A stretch of 64,000 bases of DNA from the NCBI GenBank assembly GCA_050084515.1, contig CM114271.1, positions 25,916,001 to 25,980,000 of the forward strand, read 5' to 3'. A program made the translations under genes and the position numbers. Numbering within the stretch: the stretch's first letter is position 1; the number at the start of each line of letters is the position of its first letter. Under the pieces are notes generated by a model, which was given only the letters and a program-made list of their open reading frames with translations, had not been told where the DNA came from and made no database searches. This stretch comes from Blasia pusilla. Taxonomy: Eukaryota. Shown here piece after piece: positions 1-11,305 of the stretch.

Positions 1-3000
1 AACTTCCTCGAGTATATGTAACAGTCCTACAGCCTCCAAAATCCTTCTGAGGTGGAAACTGTTCTGGGATGATGATGCATCAATAATTGGGGGAGGATCA
101 GGGTAAGAAATTTGGCCAGCTAAGCCTGTGTTTGCCATTAGGGGTCGTTGAGGCAACATAAGCAAACCTTTCCCACCCAACCTTGGGGGGATCCTTATAT
201 TGCCTGCATATAAGACCAAACAAGCACTTCCATGATGCTAAATTGGTGATAAAACAAATGAGAGCATCCAGGTTGGAAGACGATATTTCAGGACAGTTCA
301 AAATTGCTATGAAAAAAGAGCAGTCTCCAACGCACAAAAGCCACTGCACAGTTGAGACCAGAAACTACGAAGAGTTTAGCCAAAAAACACACTTAACATC
401 CTCGAATCAAGTATTAGAAACAGACAACTGGGCATGTTGATCAAAGTAGAACACCCCACACAAAAAGCAAACAACAGAGATCGAGGCAACTCAGTTGATA
501 TGAAAAATATAATGCTTATAAGCAGGTAACTCAAATCACCTTACCTGAATGCAGTGGCCACAGGTTACACAATACTTTCAGGAAACTGGTTTTTCCACAG
601 CCTGTTGGCCCCATAATGAGTAGTGAATCGCCCCATCGCAGCTCCATGGTCAACTCCCGAACAACCACAATTTTAGATCCCGGGATGAAGCAGGTCACGT
701 GGTCGACAACCAGGGCAGGTAGCAATTTACAGAGGTTCAAGCCCTCTAACTCTCGGGTTCCTTTCTGTGAAGTTTGGTTCTGTGTCTCTTCGCCAAACTC
801 AACTTCAATGTGACAGTTCGTAACCAACTCTTGAGTGGATGCATTGAGGACATGTTGAAGGACTTTCACAGGAGCTGTAGTAAAAAGTGATCCAAAGAGA
901 GGGTCATTTCCAACCCTGGGATGATGCACCAAAGAGGCTGACCCTACTTTTGTAATGTTGTGACCCAAAACCAATGTCACAGCATTATCTTCGTCATTTA
1001 GGATCTTCTTCCCAAGCCTCTGTAAAGGATCCTCCAGCATAAAGCTGGCCTCCACATCGTATTCACTGCTGGAGTCGTGTCTGTTGCTCTTAAAATCGTC
1101 CATACAAGACAGAACTCCTCTGATGCCTGGGTCCAATGTATCTGCCCAGTGACCAGCACTTCTTAGCCTCTTGATCACGCATACTCCAAGTTCAAGAAGG
1201 ATTTCTTGGCAGCTCTTCCCTTCATCTATAAATGCACTACTTGCGTTGTAACTCTTGGCCAGCATATGGGAGGACCGGACAGTTCCAATCCGACTCATGT
1301 GCAGTACACTTTCATTTATCTTGCTACGTTGAACGAATGGAGAATGACACTGGAAACAAACAATGAGTAGAGAACTTGGAGAAACCTCAGGAAAAGCTGT
1401 ACCCAGCACCTTGTGAACTGATGGTGGGGCAAAGCGGATTGAAAACTCTATCCTTTCACCTCCACCAAAGTTTAAGCAAGTAGTGCTACAAATCAAATAC
1501 TCTGCACGGTTTATCTGTAAATCACTTCCGGAAGGGACTGAAGTACAATCTGCTCCTGATTCACTTCCTGAAGGCTGAGGTGTGTTGAGTCTAACACTTG
1601 CAGGATGCAGATCAGCTTGTTTTGGCTTCAGACCACCTGGGTCCTCTCGTGGAACCAATTTACTTTCAGGCAAGAGCTGGAGAACCTCAAAAAGCTCACT
1701 CACCCTTGCAGTATATCCAGCGACATCAGACACCAATTTGGCGGTATCCATCACTTGAGAAAAACTGCACACAAAATTCCAGCTCAAATTATATGTTAGT
1801 ATAGAAAAGGTGTCTCTCTAACATTGAACCGAGAAAGAGCCCGGGTAATCTAGCCTTCTAGATCATTTTCCCCTGCAACCAACTAACCCATACATTTTGG
1901 AGCTGTCTTGACATCTTCCATCACAAGGTCTGAACTTTTGGTGGCTCTGGGAATTGAAAGCGCAATGGTGCATACCCGTATATAAGTTGAAGAACAGCAA
2001 AAGAGGCATTGCTTATGAGATTGGCAAGTTCACCACTGCCTTCAGTATCATAGACTCCCCCGAACACAGGGATTGCAAGCACACAGTAGTTCAACACTGC
2101 CCCTGTATCCATGGATTCGATATCAGTAACCTCAGCAAATCCCACAGCCCAATCTCGACTTTGCCGAGCCACAAAGTTCCAATGGCTCCAGTTGAAACAT
2201 ACTCTGTACATTCCTCACATAAGCCGAGATGTACGCAAATCATGACCAACCATGATTGTCCCAAAGGTACGAAGAACTTAAGTTTATCTTAAACAGGAGT
2301 TGGGTCCATACCTAAGTAGTCGTAAGCTTTGGTGTTAACTTCCAGCAGGAAATGTCGTGAAACTAACATTTTCCTGTTCGCGAGAGCAGCTTGCAAGTAC
2401 TTATCGAGCTTCGCCTCCTCGCACTTTGAACTGTCGTACATTGCAATTGCTTCTGCATGTGCACGAAACCTGGGTCACAACAACGACATCCCAGAGGTTG
2501 CCTAAAATGACAGACAAGCTTTTGCGTTTGTTATGAAGAGCATGATCGACTTCCCTGAAAAACCTCTGAGCTGTGCCACCACTTCGGTACTTCGTTTGAA
2601 GCCAAAAGCCAGGATCTTAAATGCCATTCATTCAGAAGAGCGTCCATAATGCTCAGGTAGTCTAACGGGTTGAGATCCTCACCGAACATGAGCTATACGA
2701 AAAAATGCTTCCAACTTCTCTTGTACTGCGACAAGATTGGCAATTGGCGAGATAATCCAGCGAGTCACTACGATACCGCAAGCGAAAAAGGCGTAGATAA
2801 CTACAGGCCCAATCCAGCCGACATGATACCACACCCACCACGTGTAGTACAGAATCATCAAAGGTGTAGCAATTGTTTTCAGCATTATCTGTGACAATGT
2901 CTGGCAGAAACAGATGATTTCGTTCGTGAGCCTCTCGTCCGGATTGTCCACCACGGACCCCTCACTGAGTGCAGACAACGAAGCGCTACTGCAATAAGTG

Positions 3001-3611
3001 AGGTGAGCCGCCTGCGTCAATCTCAAGCGCCATCTGATCGCTAGAAACTCTGCTCCCCAAACCTGTGTTGCACTGCAGATTGTTTCTGCACTGTACCATA
3101 GCAAGCACTGCCAGATTGTACCCAGGAACAACTGCAACAGTATATCCACAACGCAGCGCGTACACCCCAGATGAGTGCTTTCAGCCCCACGATTAGTGAA
3201 ATAGAAATTCGAAACTTGTGAAGGAAGATATTGACCTTCGCGGCGTGTGTGTGGTTCATTTTAATTAACATAAGTTTCACATCCAAGCACACAAATACAG
3301 TACTATCATTAGACGCTAGGCAACAGGGTAAAACCGACCTTCATGTTTTTGCTGAGGAGCGCATTATAGAAATGTCCCACGACAAGACCCGCCTGTGATA
3401 CAATTCCAACACTAGCGATGGAAAGGACGATAAGTAGCACGCAATCGCCGCATCGTGCAATCCACATGAGATGCCAAAGCCGTTTGAAAAATAGCCAATC
3501 TACAGCTGCCGAACTCCTCTGCCCCTTCCTCTCCTGTTGGCCCACCCTGGATTGACCAAGAAGCGGCTCCAATTGTCCCTCCATACTCGATTGATCCCCT
3601 TGCGATCGCAT
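1..3611 (-). CDS. ABCD4: ABCD4 (cblJ)-like half ABC transporter with inserted MMADHC-like domain; 3' end lies beyond the window edge
   Basis: Manually spliced exons with GT-AG ends and consistent phase: 3611-3339, 3131-2683, 2469-2312, 2102-1976, 1764-545, 203-1 (continues). Motifs: DNPDERLT, QEKLEAFFRIAHVRFRAHAEAIAMY (EAA loop), YDYLGAVLNYCVLAIPVFGGVY...LVSDVAGYTARVSEL (close to the ABCD4 segment as I recall it), Walker A GPTGCGKT (~588-611), Q-loop LPQRP, QISYP, ILEAVGL. Start ATG uncertain (3611 or 3584). Confidence 0.9.
860..1451 (-). other. MMADHC/CblD-like domain, in frame inside the long ABCD exon
   Basis: Translation IEFSIRFAPPSVHKVLGTAFPEV..LLIVCFQ..EILLELGVCVIKRLRSAGHWADTLDP..LGHNITKVGSASLVHHPRVGNDPLFGSLFTTAP follows the MMADHC C-terminal motif order (IECxIQxCP..FPEV..LRxEGYWADFIDP..LGF....GCCKVIxH..WG....GSIFTxA). 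Confidence 0.8.
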
Positions 3612-5699
3612 CCAAACAATTTCGCGAAGGAGACTCTCACGGGATCTCTTCAATCCGCTAGTGGATTTCACTATATGCTCCCAAACAGCGAAAAAGAGAT
3701 GCGTTCAGTGAAACTTTCTAAAAAGGATCGACATCTGATTGTCTGGGATCTTAGAGACATTCTCAACTTCCCATCCACGCTACACAGGTTATTCCATTTC
3801 AGAGGAAACATATGGTTCCTCTGTCGGTTCGTCCTGCTACTCGTCACAGCCTCATTCTCCCACTGAAAGACCTTGAATCCCAGTAGCACCCTCGGTACAA
3901 ACCCCATTCGATAGGGGACAACCTCCAGCCTGTTAAATTTGAGGGAGATCGAGGGTTTCGCTCTTGCGCCTCGTCCCAGATTAGTGATACAGCCATCCGG
4001 ACCGGCAATCAACATCACTCTCATCCACGTTCGTTGTCGTTTACGAGGAGTCAGCTCGCCAGAAAGGGAATCATCCAAACATTCTGATTCACCCAAAGTT
4101 TCTCCTCGTTCATGTATACATGAAAAAAGCTTTCTCGTGCCGACACAACTCACGTCTAGTCCCGTTACACCTCGTACAGTGCTAAACCTCCGACCAACAT
4201 CTGAAGCTTACTGAAGGCGGCGTGCTCTACTCTAGTAGACACCAGGCATGCAGTCAATCCATCACAGCTTGCAGAAAATTGGATCTCCCACCAATATCCT
4301 AATTTCAACGACTGAAATTGACAGGAAGAATGGTCCATAACCACTCTGCGTTTGGCTGCACAAAGAATGAACAGTGATAAGCCTATCATACCCTCCTCGA
4401 CCGACACAAAATCCCAATTACCACCAGATAGAGCTATAAGTTATTTATTCCTTGTATATACACACTTACCAACCAACTTTCCAAATATGCTCCATAAAGC
4501 TTCTCCTGGTGCTAAGAGGCCGATGTTCTAGTTAAAGGAGCTCTATCCAGTCCACCTGGAGTGTCCAAGGTTAACAGCTTCTACAGTGCACATTGACCTT
4601 CTGGTAAAATCACGCCGGATAAGTGGATGGATAGTAGCGTCTGCGTGTAGCATACTGGTCAGATTGCAAGAAAACGATTCGAGTGATTTCTGAGTGGTGC
4701 AGTTTCACAAGTCAATTCTGTCAGACGCCTTGGTCATGGGGATATAAGAAATTCACTGACTCACTCACCTCGAAACCTGCCCAGACTTCCATGAGCCATG
4801 TACAGATTTGTGAGAACAGTCTGGCGTCATTCATCTTGCCGTCCGTTCCTCGACACTCCACCCTTTGACCGACTTGTCATGTCACGTACTATGCAACATT
4901 CCGTTCATTTCCAAATCCTCTCTAGGTGCGGATAGTTCTAGGCACCAAATTTTGAAATCATACGACTTAAGGGAAAGCTTCTTCCAAATTTTTTTCTAAT
5001 GGATTTTATATCCCATTTTCCCATCCTTCCCCGACATTCTACGCTGTACCCTGCTAGCCACGCTGCATGCAACGCCACACTGTGTGTATGCCCGTCGTCT
5101 TTTCGATGCAGACGCTGTGACTGTGGTGCCATGTCACACACAGCGCAACAGTGTCTCTGTCCGTCGTCCTTGTCCTTGCCATATCACAAACAGGCAGCGG
5201 CAGCGCCTCGTCGTTGCGCAATCCTTTTATCGATGCAGATAGTAATATAGCATCCGCTCAAGCACAAATCATCACGACAATGTCTGCGAATCTTCTCTCC
5301 AATTCCAATGCTGCATCTCTCCGTTTCTTCCTCGGACATTCCACGCTGGACCGCCATTTTCCTCCCAAAAGGTGCGAATATTCTCTCCAATTCCGATGCT
5401 TCCAACTTTCCCTTCCTTCTTTGGACATTTTAAGCCGGAATGCCTTTGTCCCCGCACAGCAGGTGCGAATCGTTCAGTGTCAAATCTTATCTTTCCTTCG
5501 AAACATGTCCTACGACCACACAGTTACATTGTGTCTACGTCGATGTTCATGCCCTCCAGCAAAATAACCGTAAACTTTTACGATTTAAGCCACTAATCCT
5601 CAGCCTCTTATCACTCTAAAAATACAGGCTGTCTATCTGTGTCAAGTCCTTGTTTCGATCGAGGCGTTGTAGCACTGGCCAACATTGCTACATTGTCCC

Positions 5700-6200
5700 T
5701 ACGTCTATATTGATGCCGTCATACAAACACATAAATTGATGCATTTATGCACAATAAACACATACATACACAGTAGTCTGCGCGCCAAAGTTTGACGGCA
5801 CCGTCTGCAGGTTACAGTGCACCATTAAGTCTACGCTTAAACTGATGCCGTCAAGCACAATAAATAACACATCCACAATTGTATGCACACCAAAGTTGAA
5901 GAGGCAAGGCACTCGCCACTAATCCTCATTAGCTTTTCTCTCCCGCGCCATCTGCCGTGACGGCCTAAGATCGTGTACACGTTTATATTGATAGCCAAGC
6001 ACATTACCACACATACTCCACAGTCCGCACACCAAAGTTTAGACGTCGCAAGCCACTGACCATTAATTCTTTTTCGCTTTACTCTCCCTATCACCATCTG
6101 CCAGTGGACTGCGCAACACTGTATTATCTACGTCTACATTGATACAGTCAATCTCACAATAACAGATCCACAATACTGTGCACACCAAACATTGACAACA
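5700..6200. repeat. Degenerate tandem repeat, ~140 bp unit, about 4 copies
   Basis: Recurring TTGAT(G/A)...CACA...(C/G)CAC(A/G)CCAAAGTT core near 5780, 5885, 6037 and 6180. Confidence 0.5.
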
Positions 6201-7161
6201 CGAGAAGATAAGCTCACCTACTGACTCTCCAGACATCACATGCCTTTGACTACAGCTCGAGCAAAACTTGATCGGAATCTGGATTTGAAAGGACGGAACG
6301 GCAGGTGATCGAGGAGACGATGTTTGTAGCGAGGATTCAAACAAATTATGTTTGAATCCAGTTTATGCGGAATCAACGCACATATCAGAATTTAAAGAGT
6401 ACTGTTGCCAATGTTCTTGATATACGAAGATGAACATATTTACCTCTTGTTGGATTCCATGGGGATGAGGCGAGGAATCTTACTTATACTCATGAGGTCC
6501 CATTATTCCATTGGTATACCTCTCATGAAACGAATAATGGGACAAGCAAGCGGCATTCGATTGATGACTTGTGTGTTCATATAACACGTCATTGGCGCCA
6601 AGATGGAGATTTAATTTTCATTGATCTCCTCTCTCGCACAATTATGTTTCGTAAATTTCAGTTTCCTATTTTGCTTTTGCCGTCATTATTAATAAATTAA
6701 AAAAATTTAATGGGAATTTATTTACCTAAATATATATTTACCTTGATAAATTAAACGTAGTATTAGAGTAGGACAAAGAAATCCAATTCATATTACAATT
6801 GGAAGTGATGCACGTTCCAATAGAAAGCACGCTTCATATGCGCTCTTGGTAGTCTCAAAACTTAAAGCTTTTATTGGCTGTGGGTTATGGAACTTGAGAA
6901 CCCGCCCGCTAAGCTACAGCTTACCTGTGATCATAGTTCCAACCCATAATTCCCCACACCCGAGTCGATCGGAAGGTTTCTTCCAGCGGACATCCAAAAG
7001 TCTGCCTTGCGGGTTGGATGATGATTACTATCAGTCATGTACCCATCCTTGCCGTATACTTACCCCATGCCATTGTTTGGCGAGCATGCATGTGAGCCAC
7101 ATGATTGGCTACGTGAATCCTTTAGCCCCCTTTGCCAACTGTGGAGAATACAAACACTCCA

Positions 7162-7288
<127 letters not shown>

Positions 7289-7944
7289 TTGCAAATTTTG
7301 GCGAGAGGCTCTATCCATATACCCACCGATCATCATTGCTCCAAGCCACCAAGGTTATACCACATTCTTTGTTTGACAAATTGTATTGGCTCACTTATGA
7401 ACGGTATGGATTTGGATACCGGTCATAAGTGAGTGCCCCCATTTTCACACCTAGGATGAGAATGGAAAGGCTTTGCTTGTTGTAGGAGTGCAACGCACGA
7501 AATTTTGACTCTAAATGCGTTGGAATGCATTTTCAACAACACTCACGATCGAAGTTTGGTTGGTAGTGAAGCAGAAGTGGTGAAGCCTCTATTGTTCGCG
7601 GTCGAGGCCGAGCGGAGAGGTTTAACTATGGTTTGGGAAACACATAATGGCTTCTACTCACATTTCTGTTTTGCGTAATCATATCTCTATGAAAGCCAGG
7701 TGAAGGCTAATGTTAGTAAGCAAGGCATGACAAAACCTCTGGGGAGATTGAACAACTTGCATGTATTGGAATACTTTCCATCATTTGGGTATGCAAAAAT
7801 ATGCACTTTGCACTATAGCTTCTTTGTATTTTATTCTTCTTTCTAATTTTAGCCATCTTTTATCCCTTTTCCCTTTTTTCCTAGTATCATTTTTTTCCAA
7901 CCCATGTAAAGATTGCTTGATGCATACCTCAAGACCGTGCAATC

Positions 7945-9450
7945 TGTTACATCTTATTTTGACGTAGGTAGAGTCCTATTGCGTCGAAGATATAGAGAGT
8001 CGCGGGATGTTCGGGTGTAACTTTTTCCCGAGATGTGGGATGAGGTTGGTGACAGGTTTTTTGTGTCGGGAATGTCATTTATGGCGATTTTTCTATTTTG
8101 GTTTTAGTCCATGAGGTGACCCATTGACTGAGTCAACGGTCACCCAGTAAACTGTGCACGCAGGTTATCGTTGGTAGGGCTATTTTTGGGGGAAGAGCCT
8201 TTTGGCTCTTCCCAAGGGTATAAGAGTGAGAGAGATGGCTTTCTCAAGCCATCTTTCTAATGTTGAGCCTTAGGCGCGCCTCTATTGCGTAGACGTGTGT
8301 GGGTGTGTAAGAGTTAGGGTGCTAACATCCAGATTCCCTCATAGCAGAGGGTGGGTGTGGTTTTATATACCGATGTAGATTCATGAGTGGAGTTTTAAGC
8401 TAGGTGAGCCGTTTTTACTACTCTTCATTTTACATGAGAAAGATGCAAGGGGGCATGGGGGAATTCCTTTTTTGCAGGTAGGCAAGCGAGTTGCCCCAGT
8501 TGGGGAGCCCCTCGAGACATCTGTGTGGCATTTGGTGTGTTGTTTTCTGTTCGAAAGGTTTTGCGCGGAAGAGCTGTCCATTTTCTCAGATCTTGTTGGT
8601 GCGGATTGAGAGGGGACATCAGTAGAGTGTAGTGTGACGCGTGGCGACAAATGTTCGCGAGCGACTGTCATGAAACAGAGGAAAGGAGCTGAATTAGGTC
8701 TTGCAGTTTAAGGGGGCTACCAAGTAAAGACGGCCAGGCTAGGTTGTAGCCACCTAGGTCGAGCAAGTTATGTCGGAGTTTTAGGTCCGAGCGGCTGGGC
8801 AAGGAGTGGAGAGATTCGTTGCAAACTCAGATGGGAGGGGAGTATCGGGCGCGTCTAGACCAAGAGGCCGCAGACGCTGAAAGGTGAGTAGCCGTGTGTG
8901 TGGACCGTTTTGACGGGGTGTTGAAGCCGAGCTCGGTCACCGGAAGGTAGTAGAGGAAAGCATCGTGGGGCTGGCCACATAGGATGGTATGCATACAGCC
9001 ACGGGTTTTTTAGAAGGTGGAGAGCGGAAGGTACATACGTACCTGCTAGGTAGATTGTACTTGTGGGCATTTAAGGCGGGGTAGTGTCCATAGGGACGCG
9101 CGCTTGAGCAAAATAGAGGGCAGGAACACGCAGACGTAGGGAAAAGTGGGAGGAAGGGACGGGCTCATAGGGAGCCGTGCCCATGGGTGTGGGGGCCACA
9201 GAGTCAAAGCGGACGCGCATGGAAGTTGAGAGGAACGAGAAAGGAAGGAGAGAGGCGCACCCGAAGGCCATACTTTGTCCCGGAATCGCATTCAAGGCGC
9301 CTAGGGTAGCGACTACCTCGAGCTGGGTCGGGCCTAGGTTTCAGGTTCGGGAGCCCCGGGATGGAGAGGTCGCGACGGAGGGTAAAGAGGTCACGGCGGA
9401 AGACAGGGAGGACAGCGTTCGGAGACGGACGGATCTAAACGGACGGCGCT
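7945..9450 (+). mobile_element. 5' portion of a PHD-type Ty3/gypsy element: repeat B (7945-~8431), leader and degenerate gag-like region
   Basis: Begins TGTTACATCT, matching TGTCACATCT at 18595. Homologous to 18595-19069 and, in reverse, to 19079-20386 (shared GGAAGAGCCTTTTGGCTCT, CCGTTTTTACT, GGGCTCATAGGGAGC). Confidence 0.75.
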
Positions 9451-9529
9451 GAACGGACGGGACGGGAGGGTAGGGAGGACGGGGAGGGACGGACAACGTC
9501 CGTTCTTGACGGCGTTAGGGCTCTCGCGG

Positions 9530-10100
9530 CTGGCCGACTCGCGCTCGAGGTTCTCGTTCTTCGTCGACTCGTGCTCGAGGTTCTTTGTGTTCTCGTTCTT
9601 CGTCTCTCGTTCGTTCGAGGTTCTTTGTGTTCTCGTTCTTCGTCTCTCGTTTGCTCGAGGTTCTTCGTGTTCTCGTTCTTCGTGTTCTCGTTCTTCGTCT
9701 CGCGCTCGAGGTTCTTCGTGTTCTCGTTCTTCGGGTTCTGTTCTTCGGGTTCTCGTTCTGTTCTTCTGGTGCTCGTTCTGTTCTTCGTGTTCTCGTTCTG
9801 TTCTTTGGGTTCTCGTTCTGCTCGTTCTGTTCTTCGGGTTCTGTTCTTCGGGTGCTCGTTCTATTCTTCGTGTTCTCGGGTTCTCTTTCTGCTCGTTCTG
9901 TTCTTTGGGTTCTGTTCTTCGGGTGCTCGTTCTCTTCTTCGTGTTCTCGTTCTGCTTGTTCTGTTCTTCGGGTTCTCGTTCTGCTCGTTCTGTTCTATCA
10001 ATTGAGCTATCAATTGAGGTTCTCGTTCTAGTCGTTCTTCGTGTTCTCGTTCGTTTTGTTGTCGTGGCTTCCGGGTCTTGTTCTTCATGGCTTTCGGGTC
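9530..10100. repeat. Low-complexity GTTCTC/GTTCTT/GTTCTG minisatellite-like tract
   Basis: Dozens of imperfect GTTCT(C/T/G) units, almost no A on the + strand. Confidence 0.9.
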
Positions 10101-11024
10101 TTGTTCGGAAATCTTTCGCTCCCCTGTGCTCCGCAGCTTTCGCGAGCCTCAGCAGCGCCCTTCCCTCACTTAAGTGAGACCGGGTCTTGTTCTTGACGGC
10201 TTCCGCTCACCTCTGCTCTGCAACTTTCACGAGTCTCAGCTGGTCCTCGGCCAGGACTCGTAGCGTGTATTCCTGAACTAAAGACTCCGCCGTTCGGTTC
10301 GATCGGGCCATGACAGCGCCAGCGTTCGGGTTATATATCGACACATTATGCGTCTAAAGGTCACACCGCCGGGCGCTCCTTTACTCACGCTTTGCTCCAT
10401 ATCTCTGACCCGGCTGCTCTCTCTCTCCTTCACTTACCTCTGGTGAGTGAGTGCTCTCTCCGTTCGCCCACCCTGCCGACTTCGACTTCTCTCTCTCTCG
10501 CTCTCGTTAGGCTTACGTGGGCGTTGATTCAAAGTTTACTTATATAGTTCGACCTCTTAACAAGTAGGGATTCAACAAGCTTCTGCTCAAACCATAAACT
10601 TGGAATCCTCAATATCTGGAGTGAAGTGCATAAACAGAGAGCAGAAACCCATGCGGTCACAAATTCTGATGGTCTTCTTGCTGATGGTCTTCACCCTAAA
10701 ATCCGCTCTTCTTGCCGGCACTAGAATGAGTAGAATCACATCAGTTTGGCAGAGTTTTGGCATTCGTCAACGTGAACAAGATACTACTACTATCTACCAA
10801 TTTCACATCTATGGACGACACTAATGTGTCGAGTTTGCTCAGGAGTTTCGCAAGAAAATACACACAAACTTTCTGTCAAGACATAAACCCGAACTTCGCA
10901 TTAACCCCACACTTTGTCGAGCGTAATTCGAAATTGGGCCTTTAGCCCAGTGATGCTTCGAGCTCCCATGATAGCGTCACATTTCAATTGCCAGCATTCT
11001 GGGTAGTGACTAGGTTACACTTAC

Positions 11025-11305
11025 TTGCAAGACCAACCCCAAGTACTAAGTCGCCAATTCCGGCGTAATGGAATTGTTGTAGTTCTGTCGTTCGAGCTTG
11101 CGACCACCGGAACTATCCATGGACTCCATGGCAACGTGGAGAAAGGCATTGGCCCCTGCATTTCCCACCGCTTTGTGTTACAAAGACTGCGCGACTTTGC
11201 CTCGCGAAGAGCTATGTCGAAAATGTTGAGGTAAACAGCCTTGTCGGCGGGAGGGGTGCTGGGAGCGATCGAAAGACTGATGACATCCACCCCATCTTGG
11301 GCCAC
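11025..11305 (-). pseudogene. Isolated, frameshifted exon of a plant subtilisin-like protease (SBT2-like)
   Basis: AQDGVDVISLSIAPSTPP..YLNIFDIAL..GPMP..PWSPWIVPVVASSNDR matches the subtilase GVDIxSLSxG..SPWxxxVAA segment. Bounded by AG (11307-11306) and GTAAGT. The expected AAGNxG motif is lost, apparently by frameshift. Confidence 0.75.

Noticed and set aside
3671-4153. 160-aa ORF abutting the ABCD first exon
   Set aside because: No recognisable domain and a non-ATG start; probably 5' UTR, intron or promoter, though an upstream exon cannot be excluded.
9506-10177. Three overlapping long ORFs
   Set aside because: Open only because the GTTCT tract lacks A and therefore stop codons.
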